From assembly GCA_028686055.1 (NCBI GenBank), contig JAQUCU010000001.1, forward strand, positions 761-64,760: 64,000 nt of DNA. The letters run 5' to 3'. The position numbers and the translations under genes were made by a program. This document shows, in pieces, positions 9,378-20,591 of this stretch; within the stretch, counting starts at the first letter, position 1; each line of letters starts with the position of its first letter. The stretch comes from Desulfuromonadaceae bacterium. Lineage in GTDB: Bacteria; Desulfobacterota; Desulfuromonadia; Geobacterales; Pseudopelobacteraceae. The notes under the pieces are model-generated. The model ran no database searches. It was not told the DNA's origin and worked only from the letters and a program-made list of their open reading frames with translations.

Positions 9378-10469
9378 ATGTGCAGAAAAATATTCATAGG
9401 GGCTACAGGGCAGCATTGCGGGAAAACGACCATCAGCCTTTCATTGATGCATCTGGCACGGAAAAAGTATGAGCGTGTCGGGTTTATGAAACCGCTCGGC
9501 CCTAAGTGGATCGAGTTCAATGGTGAGATTGTCGACAAAGATGCAGCTATGTTCGCCAGCGTTTTTGGCGTTGAAGAAGATGTTACACTCATGTCGCCAT
9601 TGGCGTTGACTCCCGGAACAACGCGGCGTTACCTGGACAGAGAGATCGCTGCATCAGTACCCCGCGATTTAATCAGGTCAGCATGCGCAGAGCTGGAAAA
9701 AAAATATGATTTCCTGATCATAGAGGGCGCCGGACACGGGGGAGTCGGTTCTGTCGTCGGCATGAATAACGCCCGGATAGCGGCCGAACTGAACGCGCCG
9801 GCCTTACTGGTCACCGGCGGCGGCATCGGGAATGTCATAGATTCAGTTGAGCTCAATCTGGCGCTCTATCAGCGGGAGAAAGCCGATGTACGCGTCATAA
9901 TGGCCAACAAGCTGGTCCCCGAAAAGAGGGTCAATACCTTGGGCTATCTTGTAAAAGCTTTTGCAGGCAGAGGCATGATGGTGACAAGCGCCTTTGATTA
10001 TCTGCCGACACTGGCGGATCCGACCCTCCAGCATGTTTCCGAACTGCTCGGCATTCCGCTCAACGGTGACTCAGCCGAACGGAGCCGCCTGTGCCATAAC
10101 ATCCAGCTGGGTGCAGCCTCTTCGCAGATTGTTATTGACCATCTGGAAGCGTCAACCCTTCTGATTGTTACCAGTTCGCGTGATGAACTGCTGGTTACTG
10201 CTTCTTCGCTGCACCACATCCCGGAGTTCAAGGCACGCCTGGCCGGGCTGATTATTGCCGGACACGTACCGGTTTCCAACATAACCCAGCGGATTCTGGA
10301 CGACAGCGGCATTCCGTATATCCGCATTGAGGAGACATCCTCGGAAATATTTTACCAGCTGCGTGAGCACGTTTCAAAAATCGGCCCGGAAGATATCGAA
10401 AAAATAAACCTGATCAACTCGATTGCCGAGAGCTATATTGACTTTGATGCCATCGATGCAATTATCTGA
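9378..10469 (+). CDS. Stand-alone phosphotransacetylase N-terminal-like protein (BioD-like P-loop plus DRTGG-type domain)
   Basis: The N-terminus is IFIGATGQHCGKTTISLSL (a dethiobiotin-synthase-like P-loop), followed by IIEGAGHGGVGSV. No PTA_PTB catalytic domain follows. AGGAGA lies 9 nt before the ATG at 9378. Confidence 0.6.
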   Translation: MCRKIFIGATGQHCGKTTISLSLMHLARKKYERVGFMKPLGPKWIEFNGEIVDKDAAMFASVFGVEEDVTLMSPLALTPGTTRRYLDREIAASVPRDLIRSACAELEKKYDFLIIEGAGHGGVGSVVGMNNARIAAELNAPALLVTGGGIGNVIDSVELNLALYQREKADVRVIMANKLVPEKRVNTLGYLVKAFAGRGMMVTSAFDYLPTLADPTLQHVSELLGIPLNGDSAERSRLCHNIQLGAASSQIVIDHLEASTLLIVTSSRDELLVTASSLHHIPEFKARLAGLIIAGHVPVSNITQRILDDSGIPYIRIEETSSEIFYQLREHVSKIGPEDIEKINLINSIAESYIDFDAIDAII

Positions 10470-10651
10470 CCGGCAGTTACATCAGCTGACTCCGCACATC
10501 TCCCCAAACAAGCAAATGACTTATTCTGTCATATAGCTCTGCTATGCTCCGTTCATAACAATACGGGGAGGTGGTGCATATGGAAGCGATAATGATTGCA
10601 GGTGTGGCAGTTGTGGCTGTCAGCAGTTGGTATTCGGCGCTTGATCTGCTG

Positions 10652-11509
10652 TCAGACGTGGGTATCAGGATCAGGAAGCGAACCGGGGCGGGCATGAAGA
10701 GCAGGTGCGGTGTCCGCTCCGGACGCGTCCCTGTGCAGCGAAGGATCAAGCAGATGGCGGGGGTGGACATTTGAAAGGGCTTTCAACAGGCTGCTCCTGA
10801 TGTGCGGAATATCGGCCTGCAACTGATTGAGCAGCAACTTCATCCGCTTGCGCTGCATGTCGGCGGTGCCGGCAACCGGGCAACAACAGCAGACAACCGG
10901 CAGTCCCGCCTCGCCGGAAAATGCGACTATATCCTCTTCGGCAAGATAGACAAGCGGTCTGATGACGGTAGTAATGCCGTTGTCAGCCAGCATGGAGGCG
11001 GACATCGACTTGAGTGAACCGACAAAAAACTGATTCAGCAGCAGTGTTTCGATAAAATCATCCCGATGATGGCCGAGCGCCAGCTTGTTGCATCCCAGCG
11101 ACTGGGCGGCTTCGTACAGCGCCCCACGCTTCAGGCGCGAGCAGATCGAACAGTAGGATGAGCCGGGACGGCGTTTTTCTTTAATAACGGCATAGTGATC
11201 ACTCGGCACCATCCTGTATGAGAAGCCGTTCCTCCGAAAGAAATCTTCGATGACATCGGAACGGTAGCCCGGATAACCGGAATCGATATTGACTGCGACC
11301 AGTTCAAACGGTACCGGAGCTCTCCGGCGCAGCTCCTCCAGAATCAGCAGCATCGTGTAGGAATCTTTGCCGCCGGAAACCGCCACCGCAATACGATCAC
11401 CCTTTCTGATAAGGCTAAAGTCGGCAATAGCTTTACCAACACCGTGACGCAACTTCCTGAACAGCAGGCTATCCTTAAATTCTGCTGACGGATTCTTCTT
11501 TTCAGACAT
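10652..11509 (-). CDS. ttcA: tRNA 2-thiocytidine(32) synthetase TtcA-like PP-loop ATPase
   Basis: PP-loop VAVSGGKDSYTML, Cys motifs SYCSICSRLKRG and VVCCCCPV. The start is set at MSEKKNPS (11509), 10 nt after the metX stop. Confidence 0.8.
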   Translation of the reverse strand: MSEKKNPSAEFKDSLLFRKLRHGVGKAIADFSLIRKGDRIAVAVSGGKDSYTMLLILEELRRRAPVPFELVAVNIDSGYPGYRSDVIEDFFRRNGFSYRMVPSDHYAVIKEKRRPGSSYCSICSRLKRGALYEAAQSLGCNKLALGHHRDDFIETLLLNQFFVGSLKSMSASMLADNGITTVIRPLVYLAEEDIVAFSGEAGLPVVCCCCPVAGTADMQRKRMKLLLNQLQADIPHIRSSLLKALSNVHPRHLLDPSLHRDASGADTAPALHARPGSLPDPDTHV

Positions 11510-11519
11510 GTCCACTGTT

Positions 11520-12617
11520 TCAGATCCGCTCAAGAAAGCTCCGCACCAGCGGGGTAAAGGTCTCATGCTCCAGCAGAAAGGCATCGTGGCCGTACGCCGA
11601 CGTAATCAGATGATATTCGACATTTTTCCCCAACCCCTTGAGGCAGGTGACCATCTCTTCGGTCTGATAGGGGGGATAGAGCCAGTCAGAGCTGAACGCA
11701 TAGAATTGAGTCGGGACTTGAACCCGGCTGAAGGCCTCGGCCATTGATTCGTACCCCCAGGATACATCGTAGAGGTCCAGCGACTTTGCCAGATAGAGAA
11801 ATGAGTTGGCATCGAAACGATCAACAAAATTGTATCCGTTGTAATTCAGGTATCGCTCGACCTCGAACTGGCCGAAGAAGTCAAACTGGCCATCCCGGGC
11901 TGAAAAACGACGCCCGAACTTGGCGTTCATCGATTCGTCAGACAGAAAGGTAATATGACCGATTCCGCGGGCTAGAGCCAGGCCATCCTTAGGATTATGC
12001 TTGTATTCGCCCTTGCGCCACGTGGGGTCGTTAAAGATTGCCCAACGGGCAACGGCATTGAGGGAAATGGCCTGCGGTGACGGGCGCGGGGTCGTAGCAA
12101 GGACAATGGCCGAGGCGATACTGTCAGGATGCTGGGTTGCCCACTCCAACGCCTGCATGCCACCCATGCTCCCCCCCATGACGGTCAGCAACCGCTCGAT
12201 ACCGAGTGCATCGATAAGCAGTTTCTGGGCGCGGACCATGTCGCGAATGGTGACAACTGGAAAAGAAAGATTATAGCGTTTGCCGGTTCTGGGATTGATT
12301 GAGGTTGGACCGGTTGACCCAAAGCAGGACCCGATGACATTTGAGCAGATGACAAAATAGCGGTCTGTGTCGAGCAGGCGGCCGGGGCCTACGATGGCAT
12401 CCCACCAGCCCGGTTTGGTTTCCGACTCGTTTCGTTTTCCGGCCAGATGGGCATCGCCAGTCCAGGCATGTTCTACAAGGACAGCGTTGCTTCTGGAATC
12501 GTTAAGTGTTCCGTAGGTTTCATATGCGAGGGTAATCGGAGCCAGTATTCGCCCGCTGTCAAGACGGATTCCTGATTCAAAGGTTTTATATTGTTCTGTA
12601 ATATAGCCTTCTGACAT
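11520..12617 (-). CDS. metX: Homoserine O-acetyltransferase
   Basis: [10 protein letters not shown], the nucleophile elbow [12 protein letters not shown] and a C-terminal GHDAFL; 365 aa. Confidence 0.9.
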   Translation of the reverse strand: MSEGYITEQYKTFESGIRLDSGRILAPITLAYETYGTLNDSRSNAVLVEHAWTGDAHLAGKRNESETKPGWWDAIVGPGRLLDTDRYFVICSNVIGSCFGSTGPTSINPRTGKRYNLSFPVVTIRDMVRAQKLLIDALGIERLLTVMGGSMGGMQALEWATQHPDSIASAIVLATTPRPSPQAISLNAVARWAIFNDPTWRKGEYKHNPKDGLALARGIGHITFLSDESMNAKFGRRFSARDGQFDFFGQFEVERYLNYNGYNFVDRFDANSFLYLAKSLDLYDVSWGYESMAEAFSRVQVPTQFYAFSSDWLYPPYQTEEMVTCLKGLGKNVEYHLITSAYGHDAFLLEHETFTPLVRSFLERI

Positions 12618-12618
12618 T

Positions 12619-12772
12619 AAAAAAACCCTTCACATTGAATGAGAAGGGGCTGACAAAAACGCGCAGCACACCTCTCATCTTTGCCTTTCGGCAGGATTTA
12701 GCACCTGGCGCCATTGTGACCGGTTGCTGTGGCTTCGCAGGGCCTTTTCCCTCCACCACTCTCGATAAGCAG
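12619..12772 (-). promoter_or_regulatory. SAM-I riboswitch with terminator / SD-sequestering expression platform, upstream of metX
   Basis: The rc of 12671-12770 is GCTTATCGAGAGTGGTGGAGGGAAAAGGCCCTGCGAAGCCACAGCAACCGGTCACAATGGCGCCAGGTGCTAAATCCTGCCGAAAGGCAAAGATGAGAGG, a canonical S-box core. Downstream is a hairpin CCCTTC-N12-GAAGGG followed by U7. Its 3' arm GAAGGG is also the only SD-like sequence, 8 nt before the metX AUG. Confidence 0.9.
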
Positions 12773-13019
12773 GTTTAGTATCGAGACGATACGAAATAAT
12801 GCCTTATTTTGTCAACAGAATTGAATGCACGCAGCACCTTCGCACTTGTCTGGCCTGCACTCAAATTGAGTAGAAAACAACCTTGTTTTCTGATACAGTT
12901 CCTAGATTGACCATGTACTGGTCTAAATTTTTCGAGTAAACAAACATACCGGCCACCTCGATTAACAGACAGGAACCGGTGCTGCTGTTTGTTCAAACTA
13001 CACACGCGGAGTATTAATC

Positions 13020-14006
13020 ATGAAACGATTTGTCGTTTGCTTGCTTTTTGTTGCCGTTACCATGCTCGGATGCGCCCAGAATCATTTCAATATACCGGCC
13101 GAGAGCTTTGCTGAAAAAGTAAAGGTACTCGGAGTCGCTCCGATCTTCATAGATACCGATTCCGACATCAACTACTCTCAGAAGGATCTACTGATCCCGC
13201 TCATCTCCGATCTTAATCGCAAATACGAACCGCTCCTCATCCGCAAACTCCAGGGTACCGGCAACTTCTATGCGGTCACTCCGGTTGCCGATGAGCCGCA
13301 AAAACTTTTCAATCAACTGCTGGCACGACGGGAAAAACGTGATGATGCAAGCATTCTGTACAACAAATACTTCTGGAAAAATGATGCAATTGCCGCCTAC
13401 ATAAAGAAGAACCGCCTGGATGCAGTCATGCTAGTCGTCGTGAACGGCCTTACCAAAAGCAGTAAAATATATTCCAGCAATCTGCTGACATCACTCGAAA
13501 CCGACTACAACTATTTGATGATGACTGCCGAGATAATCGGTCCTGACGGCACCGTGCTATGGGAATATCCTAATTTTCGCACACGGCTGTTGACCTACTC
13601 ACCGCTGGTAAACCTTCAATACCCGGATTTCAGCGAGTCTGCTGCGAACCAGTCCAAGCAAACGGTGGTGCGCTTCAAGTCCGTTGACGGGATCCGCAGG
13701 ACTCTTGAAAAGAAAAAAACTGACTGGCTGCTCCAGGAAACAGAGGAGCCGGAAGTTTACGGCAAATTATTTGACGAGATGACCTCATTGATTAAATATA
13801 CCGACGATAAGCTGACAAAACAAGGCGCAGCAGCCGACAACAGGCAGAAGAGTGCATCTCCGGATGGGTCAATGAAGCCTGGCGCACCGGCACCACCTGC
13901 TGAAACACCTGTTCAGACACAGGCACCAAAAAGCGTTGTTGAAACGCCCGGCACTCCATCCGCAGACCCAAACGAAATAGTTCCGGCTGCAGAAAGCACC
14001 CGCTAA
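13020..14006 (+). CDS. Hypothetical lipoprotein with a Pro/Ala/Thr-rich C-terminal tail
   Basis: Signal peptide with lipobox MKRFVVCLLFVAVTMLG|C. I recognise no catalytic motif. The last roughly 70 aa are low-complexity (PGAPAPPAETPVQTQAPK...). Confidence 0.65.
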   Translation: MKRFVVCLLFVAVTMLGCAQNHFNIPAESFAEKVKVLGVAPIFIDTDSDINYSQKDLLIPLISDLNRKYEPLLIRKLQGTGNFYAVTPVADEPQKLFNQLLARREKRDDASILYNKYFWKNDAIAAYIKKNRLDAVMLVVVNGLTKSSKIYSSNLLTSLETDYNYLMMTAEIIGPDGTVLWEYPNFRTRLLTYSPLVNLQYPDFSESAANQSKQTVVRFKSVDGIRRTLEKKKTDWLLQETEEPEVYGKLFDEMTSLIKYTDDKLTKQGAAADNRQKSASPDGSMKPGAPAPPAETPVQTQAPKSVVETPGTPSADPNEIVPAAESTR

Positions 14007-14182
14007 AAGCCTTTTATTTTGACAAGGCAACCGGATTTTGCGACAATAATTTGTTGTGGCAGTTTTGATTATCTACACCAAAACCATGCCACTGCAAAAT
14101 CGTTTATCCCTTTTACTTTATCACTGCCGGTTTCAGATTGCCCTTACATTTGGAATCGAGTTAACGTACCGGAAAAGGATGC

Positions 14183-16785
<2,603 letters not shown>

Positions 16786-16806
16786 TCGTCTGGACTGGAT
16801 TCTCTA

Positions 16807-16844
16807 ACGCAGAAAGGCCGGCATAAGTGCCGGCCTTTCTGCGT
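16807..16844. terminator. Strong hairpin between convergent purA and the GH13-like gene
   Basis: A 16-bp perfect stem ACGCAGAAAGGCCGGC / GCCGGCCTTTCTGCGT encloses a 6-nt loop. Neither strand has a clean U-tract, so its function as a terminator is inferred. Confidence 0.55.
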
Positions 16845-16872
16845 TCATGGGGCATATCCAAAGAGTTACGCG

Positions 16873-19800
16873 CTACTTCTTTTGGGGCCTGACGGTACTC
16901 CGGCTGACGCTTTTTTCAGACAGCCCGGAAAAAAGCAGGCTGCGATAGCCGGCATCCTGGGCCAGAGCGGCCACCGAGCGGAGTGAGCGTTCTCCCTTCC
17001 CAATCATTGTGGAGACAACTCTGGCATTAAACGGCGGCCTGCATCCATCCACCAATACCAGCACTGTTATCCACTCTGCCAGTTCCTCAAAAAGCTCCTT
17101 GTTAAACCATTCAACCCCGCCGCTTTCATGGTTCAAAAGAAATGTTCGACAACCGTCCAGCCTGAAGACTCCCTGCATCTGTCTCAGCAGACTCGAAGCG
17201 CAATCCGTCCGGTCGGACTGCCACCATTCGAGCAGTGCTGTCAGCAACCCGACAGCATGACTACTGAACTCCGGCTCACCATCCCGCTTCAGGTAGTTCC
17301 TCAGGGTGTAATCAAGCCCTCGGCTTACCGGCTCCAGAGTTGTGTCGCGCAGAACCAGCCAGGCCAGCAGAAGCGATTGCCCCCCAAGATCTGAAAAACG
17401 GGCTGTAATACGGTTCTGGAAGGAACGGACAGCACTTACAGAGGACTTGTGCCGTTCAAGCATTGCAAGGCGGGCAAACCACTCTTTACTACTGTTTCCC
17501 GTCGCAAAAGCCTTTCGCTGGGCTTTGCCGCTGGTACCGGGTTTCTGAGCCGGTTTGTCCGCTCCGGCGATCTGTAGAAACAGTTCTACCGCCTTCTGCA
17601 GGTCCGGGGCTGACACGATTGATTCTTCCCGCAGGCCGGCCTCCTGGAACAGCTCAAAGATCCTGCGGAATGCAGTATTCAACTCGGCATACAGCAGCTG
17701 TTTGCGCTGTTCTTCCAGCGAGCCTGCTCCTGAGCCGTTCAGATGAGTGTACAGCGCCCGCCATGACCGGTTCTCGTCATCACGGATTTCCCGGAAATCC
17801 ATGAAAATATGGAACTGATACTCCCCAAGCTCGGCATATAGTCCCCGTTCGCGCAGCTCGCGGGTTGAGCGGAGGTATTCGAGCCCTTCCGTCTGATCCC
17901 GGAAAGCGAGGTAGCAGTCATCTTCATCTGCTGCACCAAGCGCCTCAGCAAGTGAAGTGCGCGCCAGCTTCACCTCATCTCCGCCGCCCGCAACGGCAAA
18001 GGAAGCCGATTCACTTATCCAGCCGGCGGTTGTCGCATGGCGGTTATGGTACAGCACAAGGGCACGATGTTCGCCGGCACGGTTGGAATAGGCAAATACA
18101 TTTTCATCGATGCCGTGACCGGCATGAAAGTCGTACAGGACAAAATTCTCTGATCCCGAGAAGAGCCAGCGGCGGCGCAGCAGCGGGAATATCCACATCT
18201 CGTGGCCGCGTACAAGCCCCTCATCAACCTGCTCGTCCCAATAGGCTCGCTTGTACTCCATGCCGTACTTCTCGTGGAAACCCTCGATCTGGCCGTGGCC
18301 GAACATCGGCAGTCCCGGCATCGTGGCCAGCAGCACGCAGGCCCCGAAATACTTACCCTGGGAGCCAAACTGGGCAACAGCCGTTTTTTCGTCCGGATTA
18401 TTCATGAAATTGACGAATCTCTTGAGAATTTCGTGATTGAATTCCAGCACATTTTTGATGGTTGTGCGGTATTTGGCGTTTTCCTCGGTCTTAAGCATGT
18501 TCATAAAGGCGCTGTTATACACGCGGTGCATGCCAAGAGTTCTGACGAAATACCCCTCCATCATCCAGAACGCCTCAGCCAGCAGCAGCGTACCGGGAGC
18601 CTCGGCCGCCACACGATCCACCACCTCTCGCCAGAACTCAACCGGAAAAACCGTATCAAACTCTTCTTTGCTCATGCCGTGCTCGGCACGCGACGGAATA
18701 CCGCCCCCCAGCCCACGTAGCGGAAACCAGAGGCGTTGATAATGCTTCTTGGCAAGTGTCATCGCGGCATCGAAACGAATAATCGGGAAATTGCGTGCTA
18801 CATGCAGAATTGTCTGGATAACAGCCTCTCGCAGTTCCGGTATCAGGTAGTTGAGCTGGGCGGTGTCGTTCCATGGGATGCTGGTGCCGTCATTACCGTG
18901 GTATATGTAGCGGGTACGCCCGCTGGTACGATCATAATATCTGAACACCACGGCGGCATCGCTCTTGTTCCAGTAGCCGTCCTCGACCTGAATACAGACG
19001 TTCCCGTCATGGGAAAGATCCTCGCCGGTGAACTGATAGGTCGGGAACGGGGGGTAATCGGTCTGTACGAACCAGTCAGGATGCTGTATCACCCAGCGGG
19101 AGTAGATGCCGGTATGATTCGGGACCATATCGCTGGCCAGCCTTATACCGCGGAGCCTGGCACGTTCCCGCAGATTTGCCAGCGCATCCCACCCTCCAAG
19201 ATCTGCGGCCACTTCGTAGTCGTAGAGCGAATAGGCCGAGGCGATAGCCTCCGGATTGCCGCAGATCTGCTTGATCCGTTGTGAAGCCGGTGAACGCTCC
19301 CAGAGGCCGATCAGCCATAGACCCGAGAATCCCCAGGTCGCAAACCGGTCAAGTTCTGCATCAGGCACCTGGTCAAGCCTCGTTATCGGATAACCATATG
19401 AACGGCTCATCTGATCGAGCCAGACGTACACCATCTTGGCCATCATTACGACATGCGGCATCCAGCCGGCATCAGACGAGAACGCCTCATACGCAGGATA
19501 ATCAAAACCGTGGAAAACATCGCCACCACCCGATGTGGCAGAGTGGCCACCTTGGGCCGTGCCGGCATGCCGGAATTCCAGGACATGAGCCGGTCCCGGT
19601 TCACCGCCCCCCCCGCGCTCATGCTGTTCCTCCTGCAGGATGTCAAGGGCGGTCTCCATCTCGTGCAGCAGCTCAGTCGGCATAACATCCCGCCACTGGT
19701 CCCGCAGGTAGGCAACCTGACCGGCAAGGGAGTCCGGAGAAGCGGTGACAGCAGCCATAAGGGCCTCTATCAGGCTGCACCCTTTTTCGGCAATGATCGG

Positions 19801-20394
19801 TCCCTCCTTCAGAGCACGCTCAAATGCCTGGATGATGCTCGAGTAGTGGGACGACGACGCCAGTTCACGGTCATCAACAAGCTCGCGGAAGCTTTCTATC
19901 GCCGGATTGGCGGACGCCAGCCGCAGCAGGAGCATCTCCCGCAACAGCTGATGAGTGCGCTGGCGGCTGTTCAGGCTCTCAGCCAACCAGCGGTCTGGGG
20001 CAATCCCGCCGTAAAGAACAGATGCCGGTGGGAACAGCTCAACAAAACGCCATGCAGTTGACCGGAGCTCTTCTCCTGACGGATCTAATCCCCCTGATTC
20101 CAGCGCATTGACCAAAACCGAACCCGCACGAGCACCTGCGGCACCGTCAATCAGGTAGCGCAATGCCCTCTGAAGAGAGGCATAAAGGTTGAGTTCACCA
20201 GCATGAACAAAAGAGCTCCCGGGCAAACGGGCACTGTTCAGCTTGAGAGCCAGTTGTCGAAAAAATAGTATCTGAGGGATGCCGCGTTCTTTAATGCCGC
20301 TTGAAAGCGGCCCCAGGCCGAGAGAACGCCAGTGATGCCAGGAGATCTGTATATCGTAGGGAAAGTATGAATCAGTACCGCTCGGATCTGTCAT
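16873..20394 (-). CDS. Large alpha-amylase-family (GH13-like) protein, 1173 aa
   Basis: The central domain carries GH13-like regions: I LASDMVPNHTG, II IIRFDAAMTLAKKH, III LLLAEAFWMMEG, IV FVNFMNNPDEK. It is flanked by about 400 aa N-terminal and about 400 aa C-terminal sequence that I cannot assign. Confidence 0.7.
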   Translation of the reverse strand: MTDPSGTDSYFPYDIQISWHHWRSLGLGPLSSGIKERGIPQILFFRQLALKLNSARLPGSSFVHAGELNLYASLQRALRYLIDGAAGARAGSVLVNALESGGLDPSGEELRSTAWRFVELFPPASVLYGGIAPDRWLAESLNSRQRTHQLLREMLLLRLASANPAIESFRELVDDRELASSSHYSSIIQAFERALKEGPIIAEKGCSLIEALMAAVTASPDSLAGQVAYLRDQWRDVMPTELLHEMETALDILQEEQHERGGGGEPGPAHVLEFRHAGTAQGGHSATSGGGDVFHGFDYPAYEAFSSDAGWMPHVVMMAKMVYVWLDQMSRSYGYPITRLDQVPDAELDRFATWGFSGLWLIGLWERSPASQRIKQICGNPEAIASAYSLYDYEVAADLGGWDALANLRERARLRGIRLASDMVPNHTGIYSRWVIQHPDWFVQTDYPPFPTYQFTGEDLSHDGNVCIQVEDGYWNKSDAAVVFRYYDRTSGRTRYIYHGNDGTSIPWNDTAQLNYLIPELREAVIQTILHVARNFPIIRFDAAMTLAKKHYQRLWFPLRGLGGGIPSRAEHGMSKEEFDTVFPVEFWREVVDRVAAEAPGTLLLAEAFWMMEGYFVRTLGMHRVYNSAFMNMLKTEENAKYRTTIKNVLEFNHEILKRFVNFMNNPDEKTAVAQFGSQGKYFGACVLLATMPGLPMFGHGQIEGFHEKYGMEYKRAYWDEQVDEGLVRGHEMWIFPLLRRRWLFSGSENFVLYDFHAGHGIDENVFAYSNRAGEHRALVLYHNRHATTAGWISESASFAVAGGGDEVKLARTSLAEALGAADEDDCYLAFRDQTEGLEYLRSTRELRERGLYAELGEYQFHIFMDFREIRDDENRSWRALYTHLNGSGAGSLEEQRKQLLYAELNTAFRRIFELFQEAGLREESIVSAPDLQKAVELFLQIAGADKPAQKPGTSGKAQRKAFATGNSSKEWFARLAMLERHKSSVSAVRSFQNRITARFSDLGGQSLLLAWLVLRDTTLEPVSRGLDYTLRNYLKRDGEPEFSSHAVGLLTALLEWWQSDRTDCASSLLRQMQGVFRLDGCRTFLLNHESGGVEWFNKELFEELAEWITVLVLVDGCRPPFNARVVSTMIGKGERSLRSVAALAQDAGYRSLLFSGLSEKSVSRSTVRPQKK

Positions 20395-20591
20395 TATGTT
20401 TCCAGTCGCGGAATATGTGATCGCAGAAAGTGTTCGTGATAGACAATACCCGTTTCAAAACTGTCCTGAAATCAGGGCGTCCGGGATTAAGGGGCCGAAG
20501 GCGTGCAGCAACTGCGTTGAAATGCCGGATACGCCGGACAAATTGGTAGTTTTGGCCCGAAAGCGCGAAACATCCTGCTCTTAGAGAGGCA

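Noticed and set aside
12775-13005. A 76-aa minus-strand ORF in the metX-lipoprotein spacer; also 20396-20584 (62 aa), 9076-9285 (69 aa) and 50612-50845 (77 aa)
   Set aside because: These are short ORFs in AT-rich promoter regions with no SD, an odd composition and no motifs. They are most likely non-coding.
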